Origin: Lytechinus pictus
Taxonomy: Eukaryota
Direction of reading: 5' to 3'
Assembly (NCBI RefSeq): GCF_037042905.1
Contig: NC_087263.1
Location: 14,696,001 to 14,760,000, forward strand
Length of the DNA stretch: 64,000 nucleotides
Shown: piece after piece, positions 12,181 to 24,592 of the stretch
How the letters are laid out: each line of letters starts with the position of its first letter
Position numbering within the stretch: position 1 is the first letter of the stretch
Notes under the pieces: generated by a model
Told to the model about the DNA's origin: nothing
Seen by the model: the letters and a program-made list of their open reading frames with translations, nothing else
The model's database searches: none
Program-made: the position numbers and the translations under genes

Positions 12181-13754
12181 CAGTGGCGTAACAGGCGGGG
12201 GGGGGGGCAAGCTGCCCCCCCTGGCGGATTTCACCGGGAAAATAAAAGAAAAACGGGGAAAAGGAGGGAGAAAGAAAGGGAAAGGGGAAGGAAAGGGGAA
12301 AAGGAAAGGAGGAAAATGAAAGGGAAAGGGAAAAGTGAAAAGAAAACTAAAAAAAAATTGTTTTTAATGGAAAAGGAAGGAAAGCGGGAAAATGTACGAA
12401 AGAAAAATTTGAGAAAGATCAAATCATTCAGAAATAGGCTTATGTAATGCAATACCACGGTGGGAAATAAATTAAAAGATGACCAAATGGCAAACAATAG
12501 CGGGAAACAAAGGTAGAATGTTATTAATCAAAAGCTAAATTGGAAAACAAAGAAAAGGGACAAGACCGGGGCTTTGCCCCAGACCCCACGCAGTAGGGGC
12601 TCTTCATTTATAACCTTCAAATGGCTCTACAACGCCCCCCGTTCAATCACGTTCAATCACTGGCATACAGGCGCGGGGGGGGGGGTCTTGGTTCTACATC
12701 CAATAGGAAATAAAAATAAATTATAGGAGACAACGTATAATGAAATTAATGGAAACAGTGAAATGTGTTATTTGCTAAATATAATGGAAAAATCCATCAC
12801 ATACTTAGAATCTAATTTCAATAGGCAGTTTTTTTTCCAGTTCGCTTTGCACGCTGGCGACTTTTTACAAATTTTTCCCACATTGGTATGTTTGCCCCCT
12901 CAAAATATTTGGTTCAACTGGGTTGAATATTAAATGGCTTTGATATCAAGAAGTTCCGGGGCGCCCCGGACCCCAACAGCACAGCACTGCATATGGAAGG
13001 GTTGGGACATAGCCCCAAAAGTTTCTACAAACAAGAACAAAAAAAGGAGGAAAGAAAAGTAAAGGAAAAGTCTAGGATATGATTTTATTTACTGAATATA
13101 ATGTAAAAAAATAGCTCAAAGTTAGATTCTCATGAAAAGGTGATTTTTTTCTCGCTCGCTTCGCTCGCTCGGGACTTATATCAAGCAGCTTTTTAGCACA
13201 TGCGCCATACTGCGCCCTTCGTTTTTTTGTTGTTTTTTGTTTACTCTTCACGCTACTGCCGCAAAGAATCCTGTTCTGCTGTGGCGTACAGACCACAAAA
13301 AAGGAATCTAAAGAGAGAAGAGTGAAATATGTTATTCTCTGGATATCATGTCAAAATCTATCACAAAATTTGATTTTTTTTGTATTAAAAATGTCAAAAT
13401 TTTTGCTCGCTCGCTTCGCTCGCTCACAACTTTTTTTAAAGATAAATTTTGCCCGATACGTTATATCTGGCCTTCTCAAAATAGTCACCTCATTACACCA
13501 TTATGCCTGTTCATACCATGATATGACCGGGGGGGCCGTTTCATAAAGCTGTTCGTAAGTTAAGAGCGACTTTCTTACGACTTGAACCATCGCCAATGAA
13601 CGTTTTGGTGTATACCATTCACCACAAGAAGGGATCACCTGTCGTTCTTAAAGTCGCTCTTAACTTACGAAAAGCTTTATGAAATACCCACCGGGAAATT
13701 TTTGGCTCTTGCCCCCCCCCCCCCCCCTGGCCACCAACCCCTGTTACGCCACTG
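12181..13754. mobile_element. hAT-like non-autonomous transposon
   Basis: TIR CAGTGGCGTAACAGG/CCTGTTACGCCACTG with a perfect 8-bp TSD GTGCTGAA (12173-12180 and 13755-13762). Confidence 0.9.
13530..13692. mobile_element. Harbinger-like MITE (family also at 24183-24356 and 42715-42886)
   Basis: Arms TTTCATAAAGCTGTTCGTAAGTTAAGAGCGACTTT / AAAGTCGCTCTTAACTTACGAAAAGCTTTATGAAA. Three copies in the window. Confidence 0.85.
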
Positions 13755-14529
13755 GTGCTGAATTAGCACTTCATTTTTTTACAGTGTAGTGTTAAAATGC
13801 ATATATCAACAATGAATCATATTATTGTATGTATAATCACCTTTTAATAGAAAAAAGTGTTAATAAAAAAAAAAATTAATTTTGATTTATCTACATGTTA
13901 TTGTCTGTCACATATGCCAGCTGTCACTGTTTTTAGTAGGTGAAAAAAAAAAACTTTTAGTTTACTGCATTATGTAAAGTAACCATAACTTACTATAAAC
14001 AAGATCACCATAACCTAGAATCAAATAAGTTTTGTAGTATAATGACCAGAGGCGGAGACTAATTGTAACTAACTACCAGGGCGTAGACTGGTACAGAGAT
14101 AATTGATTTTTTTTTACAGAACTAGAAAAAATAAAATCTTTATAATAAACGCTCTTGCCTCATAGGTATGTAAATATATATAGATTTAAAGGGTAACTAC
14201 TGATCCCATTTTTATGCCCCCGCAGATGAAGTTTGGACGAGTTATTGTTGAGCGTTGCCCAGTCCTCCCGTCCAACTGTCCATCCCATATGGACCGTCCT
14301 AAGCCGCGGCGTCGGCTGTCCCCCGAATTGGATGCCGCCCGATAACATAGTAAATACTCCAAAACGTTTTTTTTCTTGTGATCACGTTTCTATTAGACAA
14401 ACCTTAAAAACACAACGTTATCGATGAAAGGCTCATATGGGAAGTAAGATGTTTACTTCAAACGTAAATAATTCAATCGGGGTACATGCAGCATGGCAGA
14501 AAAAGAAGAAGGGGAGAAAGAAGAAGAAA

Positions 14530-14533
14530 AGTA

Positions 14534-14569
<36 letters not shown>

Positions 14570-14691
14570 ACTGGTAATAGTAATAACAATATGTAAGTTA
14601 ATTGTTTATCGGAAAAGAAAAAGAAGAAGCAGCAGCAGTAGTAGTAGCAAGGGTAGAAGTAGTAGTAGTAGAAGTAGTAGTAGTAGCAGTA

Positions 14692-14724
<33 letters not shown>

Positions 14725-14776
14725 TATAGTAGTAGTAGTAGTAGTAGTAGCAGTAGTAGTAGTAGTAGTTGTAGTA

Positions 14777-14841
<65 letters not shown>

Positions 14842-14897
14842 TATAGTAGTAGTAGTTGTAGTAGTAGTAGTAGTAGTTGTATATAGTAGTAGTAGTT

Positions 14898-14948
<51 letters not shown>

Positions 14949-15156
14949 TATAGTAGAAGTATAGTAGTAGTAGTAGTAGTAGTAGTAGTAGACTGGTAAT
15001 AGTAATAACAATATGTAAGTTAATTGTTTCTATAAAGAACTTCACCTCGAAATATCGGAAAAGAAAAAGAAGAAGCAGCAGCAGTAGTAGTAGCAAGGGT
15101 AAAAGTAGTAGTAGTAGTAGTAGTAGTTAGTAGTAAATAGTAGTAGTAGTAGTATA

Positions 15157-15201
<45 letters not shown>

Positions 15202-15510
15202 CAGTAGTATATAGTAGTAGTAGTAGTAGTAGGAGTAGTAGTAGTAGTAGTATATAGTAGTAGTAGTAGTAGTAGTATATAGTAGAAGTATAGTCAGTAG
15301 CGTACCGTGACCCGGAGGAGACAAAGCATTGGGGGGGGCACTGCATTGTCTGTGAACAATGCTGTGCCCCCCCAATGCTTTGTCTCCTCCGAGTCACGGT
15401 CCGCCACTGATGTATAGTAGTAGTAGTAGTAGTAGTAGTAGTAGACTGGTAATAGTAATAACAATATGTAAGTTAATTGTTTCTATAAAGAACTTCACCT
15501 CGAAATATCG
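14530..15510 (+). repeat. Compound (AGT)n microsatellite with a triplicated unique block
   Basis: Long AGT tracts. The block AGACTGGTAATAGTAATAACAATATGTAAGTTAATTGTTT recurs at ~14568, ~14990 and ~15443. Confidence 0.95.
15295..15409. mobile_element. 115-bp near-perfect palindromic hAT-like MITE
   Basis: CAGTAGCGTACCGTGACCCGGAGGAGACAAAGCATTGGGGGGGGCAC...GTGCCCCCCCAATGCTTTGTCTCCTCCGAGTCACGGTCCGCCACTG. Confidence 0.75.
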
Positions 15511-15575
15511 GAATAGCTTGCAAGAAACTAAATTGAAAAGAAAAGAAAGAAACTTAATTGAAGTCCTTGCATATA

Positions 15576-16551
15576 CAGTGCGTATCAAAAAAAAGTTTAC
15601 TCTTAGCAAAAATCCTGTAAAATTATATGTTTGTAATATCCTGAAGATTTTTCCACATTTTAAACATTGGTACAGATCCACTTAAGCAAATGACGATTAT
15701 AACTGTCGAAAAATATTTCCGCTTGAGTGAGCACCACTTACTTTTGAAAAGTTAGTGAAAAATGATTTGCGCAGAACTCTGAAATAGTTATGCGAATAAA
15801 AGTAGACCTTAATCATGAAGAACACGAGGAATTTAGCTAGTAAAATTGATTTGATGATATATTTTACCTTTTTTAACTTGTTTCCTTGCCAAAAACACTT
15901 CAAAGTGTGCATTGCGCCCCACACACCGAGGCCATCATGACGATATTTGCTTTACACAGAGCTGTGATTTACATGAAATGGCTTAGGCTTCATTTTCATT
16001 TTGTTAATCATTCTCAAGCTTGGGAAAAGTGTGGAGAAACAAGTATTAAATGAAAAATGAAATGTAAACCCACTTTAAATGATACAAACTTAGTGAAAAA
16101 ATGCTGGAGATGTCTGATATAAACTTTTGTTCAGATTCAGTTATGTCCTCAGATCCAGCTGGCACAAAAAGGGTAAAGGTTGTGCTTACTAAGTGTTGAA
16201 ATTTCAATTTGGGTGGCAAAATTGTTACAGATAGCTTGTATATATCCGTTTAGTTTCAATTGACTAAAAGTGCAAGGGAAATGGATGAGAAATGTTTCGA
16301 AGGGTAAATTTGATTTCGCCCTTTCCCCTTCACAAAGCGTGAAAATTGGCATTTCTGCGCAAACAGATTTCTGCGAGCTTTACAAAAATGGACAGTGCTC
16401 ACTCAAGTGTAACATTCTGTCAAAACTTTTACTTGCATTATATAGATGAGACCCAAACCCAAGATTATATGTGAAAAAATTACCCACATGTTGTATGTTT
16501 TTTAATTCCCAGAGCTTTTTCAAAGTGTAAACTTTTTTTTGATACGCACTG
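15576..16551. mobile_element. Tc1/mariner-type non-autonomous element (~976 bp)
   Basis: TA|CAGTGCGTATCAAAAAAAAGTTTAC...GTAAACTTTTTTTTGATACGCACTG|TA, a 25-bp TIR with TA TSD. Confidence 0.9.
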
Positions 16552-16899
16552 TATAGCGCGTCCCAAAAAGAATGTCCCTCTTATATACGGCTGAATTATT
16601 TCGAAAATTGAAAATTATTTTCAATCAAATATGTTGTATTGGGAAGCTCGTCTCATGTCCTAACTTCTATCTACAAAAAAAAATCATTTGTTTCGCTTCA
16701 GTGGCTTTGAATACACAGTCTATTATGTAAAGGCGGTGCTTTTCAGCCCATTCCGAGTTTCCATACATGCAGCACTGCTACCCACTCACTGTGCGTTCTG
16801 CATTGCCAAGCATATCAACCATGTCAACCCCCTTTGATCATTCAGAATCTGATCAGGGAATTCCCTGAGCTGACAGGAAATCTCCATGATCTAAACCTG

Positions 16900-17057
16900 G
16901 GGAGCGTTTCATCAACATTTTTGTCTGATATGTAGTCAGATCTGACATCTTTCCTTGATTCTGATTTGCTGAGAGGCCTTGTTACTATGGTACCTGTCGG
17001 ATAAAATGGTACTTGTCGGATAAAACGTCCGACAAATCCTACCATGAAACGCTACCC
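16900..17057. mobile_element. Harbinger-like MITE
   Basis: GGGAGCGTTTCAT...ATGAAACGCTACCC termini flanked by CTG/CAG. A decayed reverse copy lies at ~62310-62465. Confidence 0.65.
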
Positions 17058-17116
17058 AGGCTCATCAAATCGCAATCTTGCATGTTCAGAGCGGCAACAA
17101 CAGTACCTGACCATTT

Positions 17117-20100
17117 TAGTCTAGGTGATTGGTGAAAAAAATGTTCAGAAAATGGTAAAAGCATGAAAATTGGCACAGAGGTAGAGTAAGTTATTCTAAA
17201 CACTTTTAGCAGGGGGTGCCAACGTGAATTCGCCAAATATAACAAAGGTTGCTAGGTAACATATTTACCTTAGTAAATGAACTTTATTGGGCTTAAGTAA
17301 CATTTTCATGAGCGATGTGTTGCATGAATTTTAACCTAAAGCATGTTCCTTTGTATCACAACAGTTTTAGTCCATTTATTCATAGCAACGGCTGCTAAGG
17401 GACCATTTTCCATAGCAACAAATTGTTTATCATCGTTCAGATGAATATGATCAATATGATTTACTCAGAATAGCTCAGAAATTAAATCTGGCCCATAGAT
17501 TCATCATGTGATGAATTTTCCTTAGGTATACCTATTAAGCACCATAGCAACGGTTGCTAGGTAACATTTTTTCCGCAGTAACCAATTCTTATAGGGTATG
17601 TTTTTTCATGATCATAATTTATATGAACCATATCTTTTCTATTAAAGCATTAATACATTAATCACAACAACCCAGGAACAATTATACCATGTATACACGC
17701 CCATGCAAAATACCAGATGGTGTAAGTAACATGTTTTCTGTAGCAACCAATGGTTAAAGGTCTTACGGTAAGATTATTGATAGAGGTACTAGTAGATGCT
17801 TAAAAACGTAAAATCTTGCATAAATTAAACTACCTCATGATATGGTTCATATTTCCAAAGACGATGTTTGGAAAGGTTCCATATTATTGGAATAGTAATG
17901 CTTGCTGCATGTTAAAAAAATCACCTTAACACCAATTTTTCTCCATTTGGAAACCATGATTATTATGGATTAACATAAACACATGTAAAAGACCATCGAT
18001 TTAAATTATTCGGTGTCTTTCATAGCAAAGGGTACTTTGTTAATGTCTGTTATTACTTTATAATTTAGTTACACATTTATCAATGAATGATAATAGACCT
18101 CATGTTTACTCATCTGAGTGATTGACAATGGAGGTAGAATTGATCGAATTTGTATCATCGAGAATTAAAGGTCTAGAAACCGTTGACATTCTGGAAATTC
18201 GTGGCTATGTACTGTATTTGCCCTATGAATCTCCTTTAAGACCCTGTATAACACCTACAAAATATCTTGGAAAGAATTCCACAAAACCAACATTTAACAA
18301 GAGAAGAACAGTTACAAGAGCTCACCAGGAGGTCATGGGTGCTTACAAGTTGAATATCTCTGATCTTGGAGAGATGAAAAAATGACCGCCAATAATTGAT
18401 TGAGTCAACTGAGTTATAAATTATTTCAAACACCAAAATCCCGCCAGAAAGTAATTTTCAAATGAGTGCTTGGATACCACTTTATCTCTAGCTAACAGTA
18501 GTCGTTCTCTTGAAAGCCAACACACTCTGCCTTGTTTTATCCCCTCCCTTTCGAAGCCTACAATGAAGATCATATATTAGCTTTCAATACCGTTTCCGGA
18601 CCTAATGCCATGTGCAGGAGTTGAATTTGACTTGTCAATTCCGTCTCCAGGTGTGTTGACTTGGATCAATTCTGCAGCTCTGTGATCTATCATGACGTGA
18701 AAGATCCTGCTAGAGTTGATTTTGACTGATCTGTTCCGTTTCTAGGCATGTTGGCCAGATCCTGAAGATATATGATTGATCTACATGTATCATGACTCGA
18801 TCCTGCAGAAGTTGATTTGGACCTGTCCGTTCTGTTTCTAGGTGTTTTGACCTGGATCAATCCTTCAGCTCCAGGATTCATCATCGCGTTAAAGATCTCC
18901 TTAGAGTTGATTTGGACCGACCATCAGTTTTGTTTCCAGGTTTGTCGGCCTGGATCCTGCTGCTCCGGGATCTATCATGACTTGAACGCTCTCGCAGAAG
19001 TTGATTTTTACCAGTCAGTTCCGATTGCAGGTGTTTTGGCTGGGATCCTGCAGCTTCATTGATCATTACTTGAAAGTTATTGCAGGATGTACTATATGCG
19101 CAGCTGACTTTGTCACCTACGTATGTGACGCACTTGTGATATTTGGGGCCCGTTGCAGAAAAAGTTGCGATCAAACGCAACTCAAAAAATCTTGCGCAAC
19201 TTGATTTTCAGCCAATAAAGCACCCGTGTTCGGGACTTGCGTTTAAACGCAACTCTTTCTTCAAAAAGGCCCCAGGTTGGCTGGACGTGTTCTATACTCG
19301 GCCACAAAACCCCGGCACAGAACAGTAGCATTAAGTTCTCTTCCTGCCATATACCTCCAATACACCTTTGCTTGCCCAACTCAGAACTCAGATGGAAATG
19401 AACTTGCTGATTGCACTATATCACCTTATAATGTCCTTATGAGGAGAAATGTCTCTTATACTCTGATTGACGAACAATTCATTGTTACACCGAAAATGAT
19501 GATGGCTGTAACTCTCTTGATGTATTGTATTCCCCTGTTGCCTCTAATATTCTTTGTCGAGCATAATGCATGCTTCACAGTGGTTTTAATTTTCCCTACT
19601 TATAATCAATCCAGACAGTCTTAACCTAAATTTTGGAATAGATATATGCCCAACTCTGTGAAGGCATGTGCGACACATAAAATGTACGTTCTATTCATTC
19701 GCTAGAATTGTACCCAAAGTCCCAAACTACGGGAAACAGCACAGTTGTACATTATGTAAATATTTTTTTCTTCATTATCTAGATAGAAACTATTGCAAAA
19801 CAAATGACTCAACTGTCCAGCATTATAATCAAATAAAAAAGGAGCAACATACATACATACAGAGAATGATGCTTGAGCTGTTTCATGTCTACTGCACATG
19901 TTATACAGTGAATATACAGGAAATTATTCTTGTGGCTGTTTAAGGTCTACTGTACATTTACATTCAAGTCAGTCAATATGATTTCAACATTTTACTGTCA
20001 AGTGCTTGTGCATTACTCGCCATTACTTCCCAAGATTAGGTAATATCAATAAAATTTCAGCTTCCCTTTCCCTCAAGGTTCGGTGTCTTTCCGAGTGTTT

Positions 20101-20741
20101 CATGCTACATCCACTACAATACCTGTTTCAGTTTCATAACAAGAGAGATCCTATATGCACATTCAATGACCCAATTATGATTTTTGTCTGTGTGTTAGCT
20201 TTGTCATGTGTAAGTAAAAAGTATGAAAAAATAATAAAATTATCTATATCGAAAGTAGGTTTGTTACCTAAATAAGATTAGGCCTACTATGCAGGCATTA
20301 TAATTATTTGGACTGTCTCTGAACTTTTTAGGGATCAGGTATATTTTTCACTCCAGAGTCATACTTTGACCAAGTTTCTAACCACTTTCATTCATACATT
20401 ATGTCCAGATGTTGTATTAAGTAATATTATCTATAGTTGCTATGGAAAATGTGTTGCTTAGCAACTGTTCCTATACATGGTCGGAATGTTTCTTGATATG
20501 TGATTGTAAAATGGGAGCTTAGAAGTCAAAATATAGTTTTTGAAATTTAGATAACACCCCCAAAATGGTGGTTGCCAAGGTAAATATGTTACCTAGCAAC
20601 TATTGCTATACGAGAAGAGGTCAGGTTGGCACCCCCTGCTAAAAATGTTCAGCACTATTTTCTCTGCCTGTCAGCCAAATTTCATACTTTTACCATAATC
20701 TGAACAATTCTTGCTATTTTTTGCACCGATCATCTAGACTA
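17117..20741. mobile_element. 3.6-kb TAG...CTA DNA transposon (possibly Academ-like), decayed
   Basis: TTT|TAGTCTAGGTGATTGGTG...CACCGATCATCTAGACTA|TTT. Subterminal inverted blocks TTTTAGCAGGGGGTGCCAAC and GTTGCTAGGTAACATATTTACCTT. The superfamily call is inferred from termini and 3-bp TSD only. Confidence 0.7.
18619..19060. repeat. Degenerate ~95-bp minisatellite, about 5 units
   Basis: Units begin (G/A)AGTTGA(A/T)TT..AC at ~18619, 18713, 18809, 18904 and 18998. Confidence 0.75.
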
Positions 20742-21397
20742 TTTCATTTTAAATTTGATAATGGGAGATAGACAATGATAGAAACAACAGGTAATGTCTG
20801 TTTCATGCATAATTCCAACATTATTGCATTTTTTATTTCATTCTTTTTTAAATTAAATTAATAATGACCTCAATTAAATTCACTGTACCTTTTTCAATGA
20901 AAAAAAATCAATTCCCACAATTAATGTTCGCTTTCGCGAAGTGTGAAACACTTTGCCCTTCAAAGTTCAGTTTATGTATTTATCCATTATTCACATTTTC
21001 TTTCAAGTTGGAACACTGCTCTCGTAAAAAAAAACTTCATTTTTGATGATCCTTACCCTTCTGCCACATATGCCTACGTTAATGATTTGATGAGCCCTGA
21101 TTGATCAGAGAAACGACCCTTCTCAAGATACTGGATGCTAAAGTGGGGGATAACATGCTAAAGACAACGCAGAAATACAGCAGTGCTGCAAACTTGGAGA
21201 TGGGCTGAAATTCACCACGACTAACATGTTACATAACAGGGTGTGTATTCAAAACCGCCGAAGCGAGACCAATGACATATTCATAGAAGTTAGATTATGA
21301 AATAAGCTTTCTACTCCTGTACATTTGATTGAGAATATTACCTCATCTTGGAATTAATTTAGCCCGATGTCAGAGGGACATTTTTTAGGGACGCGCC

Positions 21398-21805
21398 CCC
21401 GGGGGGGGGGGGGGGCAGTCAAATGTATTGCTGTACACACGCGTGGCCAAATTATTTCCAAACACCCGCTAAACAAGTTTTTCTCTGTAAGCAAAATAAC
21501 ACCCTAAACGTGTTTTTCGCGGGCTTTATTTACGCATTTTGGCCCCTAAACAAGTTGTCGCCAGAATATGACCCCGGGGAAAAAGCTTGGGGGAAAAAAC
21601 ATACCTTAAACACGTTTGACCCTGCGATTGACCATTGACCAGTTTTTCAAAACTACCCCCTCTTTTTGAAAATCGGTGTTTTTGATACCCTTTACGAGTG
21701 CACGCGCGGCCTGCATCCAAAACTGAAAAAACACCCCCTTTAAACGCGTTTTTTTTTTGTCACGCGTGTGTACAGCAATATATTTGACTGCCCCCCCCCC
21801 GGGGG
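21398..21805. mobile_element. MITE with CCCCGGGG termini
   Basis: ~45-bp TIR CCCCGGG(n)CAGTCAAATGTATTGCTGTACACACGCGTG / CACGCGTGTGTACAGCAATATATTTGACTGC(n)GGGG. Confidence 0.8.
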
Positions 21806-22249
21806 AGGGGGGACGCGGTATATAAACCATGTTTTTGTTTTCCAAAGTGGGTGTACCATGTCACGGGTGTCATCTACAAGTTCGATGCAATTTACGGTTA
21901 TTGTGCGAAATCATAAGCCCGAATCGGAATTCTTTCTTTTGAACGAAAACCCCCGGGCGTTGTGCTGAATATGGAAAGGATGAGGAGAAATAAATATATG
22001 AATGAGTATTTCACAGAATTATGAGAGTGCGGTATGCACTATTGTGGATGTCCCATAACGAGGGATCAATAATTGGGGTACAAGTGGCGGATCCATGCAG
22101 GCGAGGTTCAAAGGGCGTATACGCCCCCTCCTTTTTAGCATTGCCCATTCAAAATACATATTGTAATAGCTTAAAACCACAAATCCCTGATTATAAAGTA
22201 CATGGCCAATGGGAAAGTTGTCCTTGCCCCTTGTCATAATTTACTTACC

Positions 22250-23160
22250 CAGTTGCCAATTTGAAATCTACATAGTATTAGTGATCTCAATTTTAAAGCA
22301 GCTATAACTTTCTTATTGCTTGTCCGATTTCTTTCAAACTTTCACCATTCTGTTTAATTTCCTTTTCTCCTTCCCAACGCAACATTTTATGGCCAAGGCT
22401 GGATTACCCTTTACCTATTCCCCTGGGGCAGTAATCTAAATATAACCCAGGAAGTATTTTGTTTTATGTCCTCATGAAAGAAAAATATAATTTGAAATAA
22501 AACTTTTGGGAAAAATGACATTTTAGCCATAATATGCATTGGAGTACACGGAAGAGTAGTCCTTGCCTTACATCACTATGACATCCCATATGCGGCCAAG
22601 TTGAAGTCTCCATGGGTATAGTGATGACCAATATTTACAACTTTTAAAAATTCATAACTTTCTTGTTGTTTGTCCAATATTGTTCAAACTTTCACCTATT
22701 AACTTGTCTGATTTTTCTTTTCCTTATAAAAACAAGTTTTTATTTGGGTTGGATTCCCCTTTAAAGAGATGGTCCGGGCTGAAAATATTCATTTCTAAAT
22801 AAATAGAGTAAAATTCACAAAGCAAAATGTTGAACATTTCATCAAAATCGGATAACAAATAATGAAGATATTGAATTTTAAAGTTGTGAAAACAGTTATA
22901 TGCACATCGTCATTAATATTCATTAGATGGGCTGATGATGTCACATCTCCAATTTCCGTTTTCAAATGTTATTACATGAAATCATAAATGTTTCATTTTT
23001 ATACATGTGTAAATGATGCGTCTCCATTATGATAAAATAAGTTGCGGCAACAAATAACTCATGCACTTAATCAATTTTCAATCCAATTGTTTTAGTTCTT
23101 GGTAGGAAAATTTTGAACAAACCTAATTTCATGTAATAAAATACAAAAGAGCAAGTGGGG
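22250..23160. mobile_element. Cluster of Kolobok-like fragments
   Basis: Repeated CATAACTTTCTT...CAAACTTTCAC...CCCTTTAA right ends at ~22410 and ~22764, and a TTAAAGAG left end at ~22761, similar to 28253-28836 and 37077-37664. Confidence 0.55.
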
Positions 23161-23249
23161 ATATGCAAAAGGCGCTTGATAATGCTATTAAAATGCATTG
23201 AAGAGCAGTTACGATAATTATATTATTGTATTATCATATGGGCATGTTC

Positions 23250-23672
23250 CAGTATGCAGAATACAAATAGACTTCTACTGTTGCAGAAAAAAAAATAATA
23301 AGAATTGTTACACATAGCCAATATCTTGTCAATACCATGCCTTTCTTTCAAAGCCTGAAAACTCTGAGAATGCCTGATTTATATATTTATCATAGTGCAA
23401 TTTTAATGTATTTATGCTATAAAAAAATCTTACCAAGCTCTCTTTTACAATGTTTTCAGTTGAATAAAGATATTCATGGATATCAAACCAGGTATGCAGA
23501 AAATTTTCACATTCCCTTAGTAAGAACATCAAATTCTCAAAATAATATTTTTTTCAGAGGTCCCAAAATCTGGAATAGCATACCATTAGATATAAAATTA
23601 AGCCCATCATTAAATAGTTTCAAAAGGAAAATGAAATTTTATTTACTTCAAAACTATTCACAGGTGGAATGA
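23250..23672 (+). mobile_element. CR1-clade LINE ORF2 3' remnant
   Basis: PFFQSLKTLRMPDLY...IHGYQTR...FRGPKIWNSIPLDIKLSPSLNSFKRKMKFYLL is a typical CR1/L2-group C-terminus. Confidence 0.85.
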
Positions 23673-24388
23673 TTTTACTCAATAAGATGTGTGTTTGGTG
23701 TATGTGTGGGAGGGTGTGTGTGGGTGTGTTTGTGTGTTTGTCCATTTTTTTGTAAATAGGTGTTGATGATTGCATGTATGCACGTACCTTTTAAATTTTA
23801 TCTTTTGTTTAGATCGGTTATTTATACTTTGGTTTATAATCATGTTTGGAGCTTGGCTTTTATATAAGGCTCAGCCTGTCTGCCACTCCTTATACTTTCA
23901 TTTCTATCCGAGTAAAGTAATTTTTCATTCTTGTTTTTCTTTGTATCGTTTTGCTTACTATTAATGTCATAATTATTTCTATTATATATTGTCTATGTTA
24001 TTATGTCTTTATATATGTTTGTTTTTAATGAAAGTATTAAATAAATAAATGAATTGAAATTTGGTCAATATCATAACACGAGTTCTTCATGTTTGACAAG
24101 CACAAAATGTTGAAATCGTCGGAGCTAAATTATCACACTGTAGTTTGCATATCTTCCCATTTATGAGACCAAGATCAACACGGGTGGGTGTTTCATAAAG
24201 CTGTTCGTAAGTTAAGAGCGACTTTAAGAACGACTGGTGATCATTTCTTGTGGTAAATATTATTGAATTGGCGATTGTTAAGCGCGTATAAGAAGGGTTC
24301 ACCAGTCGTTCTTAAAGTCGCTCTTAACTTACGAACAGCTTTATGAAACACCCACCTGGAGGCCGTGACCGCAGGTCAAGCTTCCTTT

Positions 24389-24592
24389 AGGGGTGACACG
24401 ACATTTGCTCTGGCGACAATTGCTCCGGGCTTTATTTCGTCTAAGATATAGGGTTAGGGTTGCAATAGGGTTTTACGTTATGTGTATGGATGGGTAGAGT
24501 GTTAGATCCAGGGTTGAAGTTGGTCATTTCATTAATGTGTGGAATTTGCGGCGGAACATTATTGTCGCCGGAGCAAATATCATGGAACCCTT
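24389..24592. mobile_element. Small TIR element with internal TAGGGTTAGGG
   Basis: AGGGT..CGACATTTGCTCTGGCGACAAT...ATTGTCGCCGGAGCAAATATCATGGAACCCT. Confidence 0.6.

Larger units (their letters stand above)
12038..13786. mobile_element. Palindromic CACTG MITE interrupted by a hAT-like insertion
   Basis: TA|CACTGTAAAAAA...TTTTTTACAGTG|TA. Hairpin arms 12060-12180 resume at 13755. An uninterrupted relative lies at 56051-56218. Confidence 0.8.
16556..21396. mobile_element. Old long-TIR DNA transposon hosting nested insertions
   Basis: GCGCGTCCCAAAAAGAATGTCCCTCT...AGAGGGACATTTTTTAGGGACGCGC termini. Degenerate inverted similarity extends over 200 bp (16680-16790 vs 21180-21290). Confidence 0.7.

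Noticed and set aside
14473..15397. Long ORFs (up to 207 aa) of poly-L/Y/T/S/V
   Set aside because: Translations of the (AGT)n microsatellite with no splice or domain support.
24449..24470. TTAGGG telomeric motif
   Set aside because: Only about two units, inside a small TIR element, so not an interstitial telomere array.
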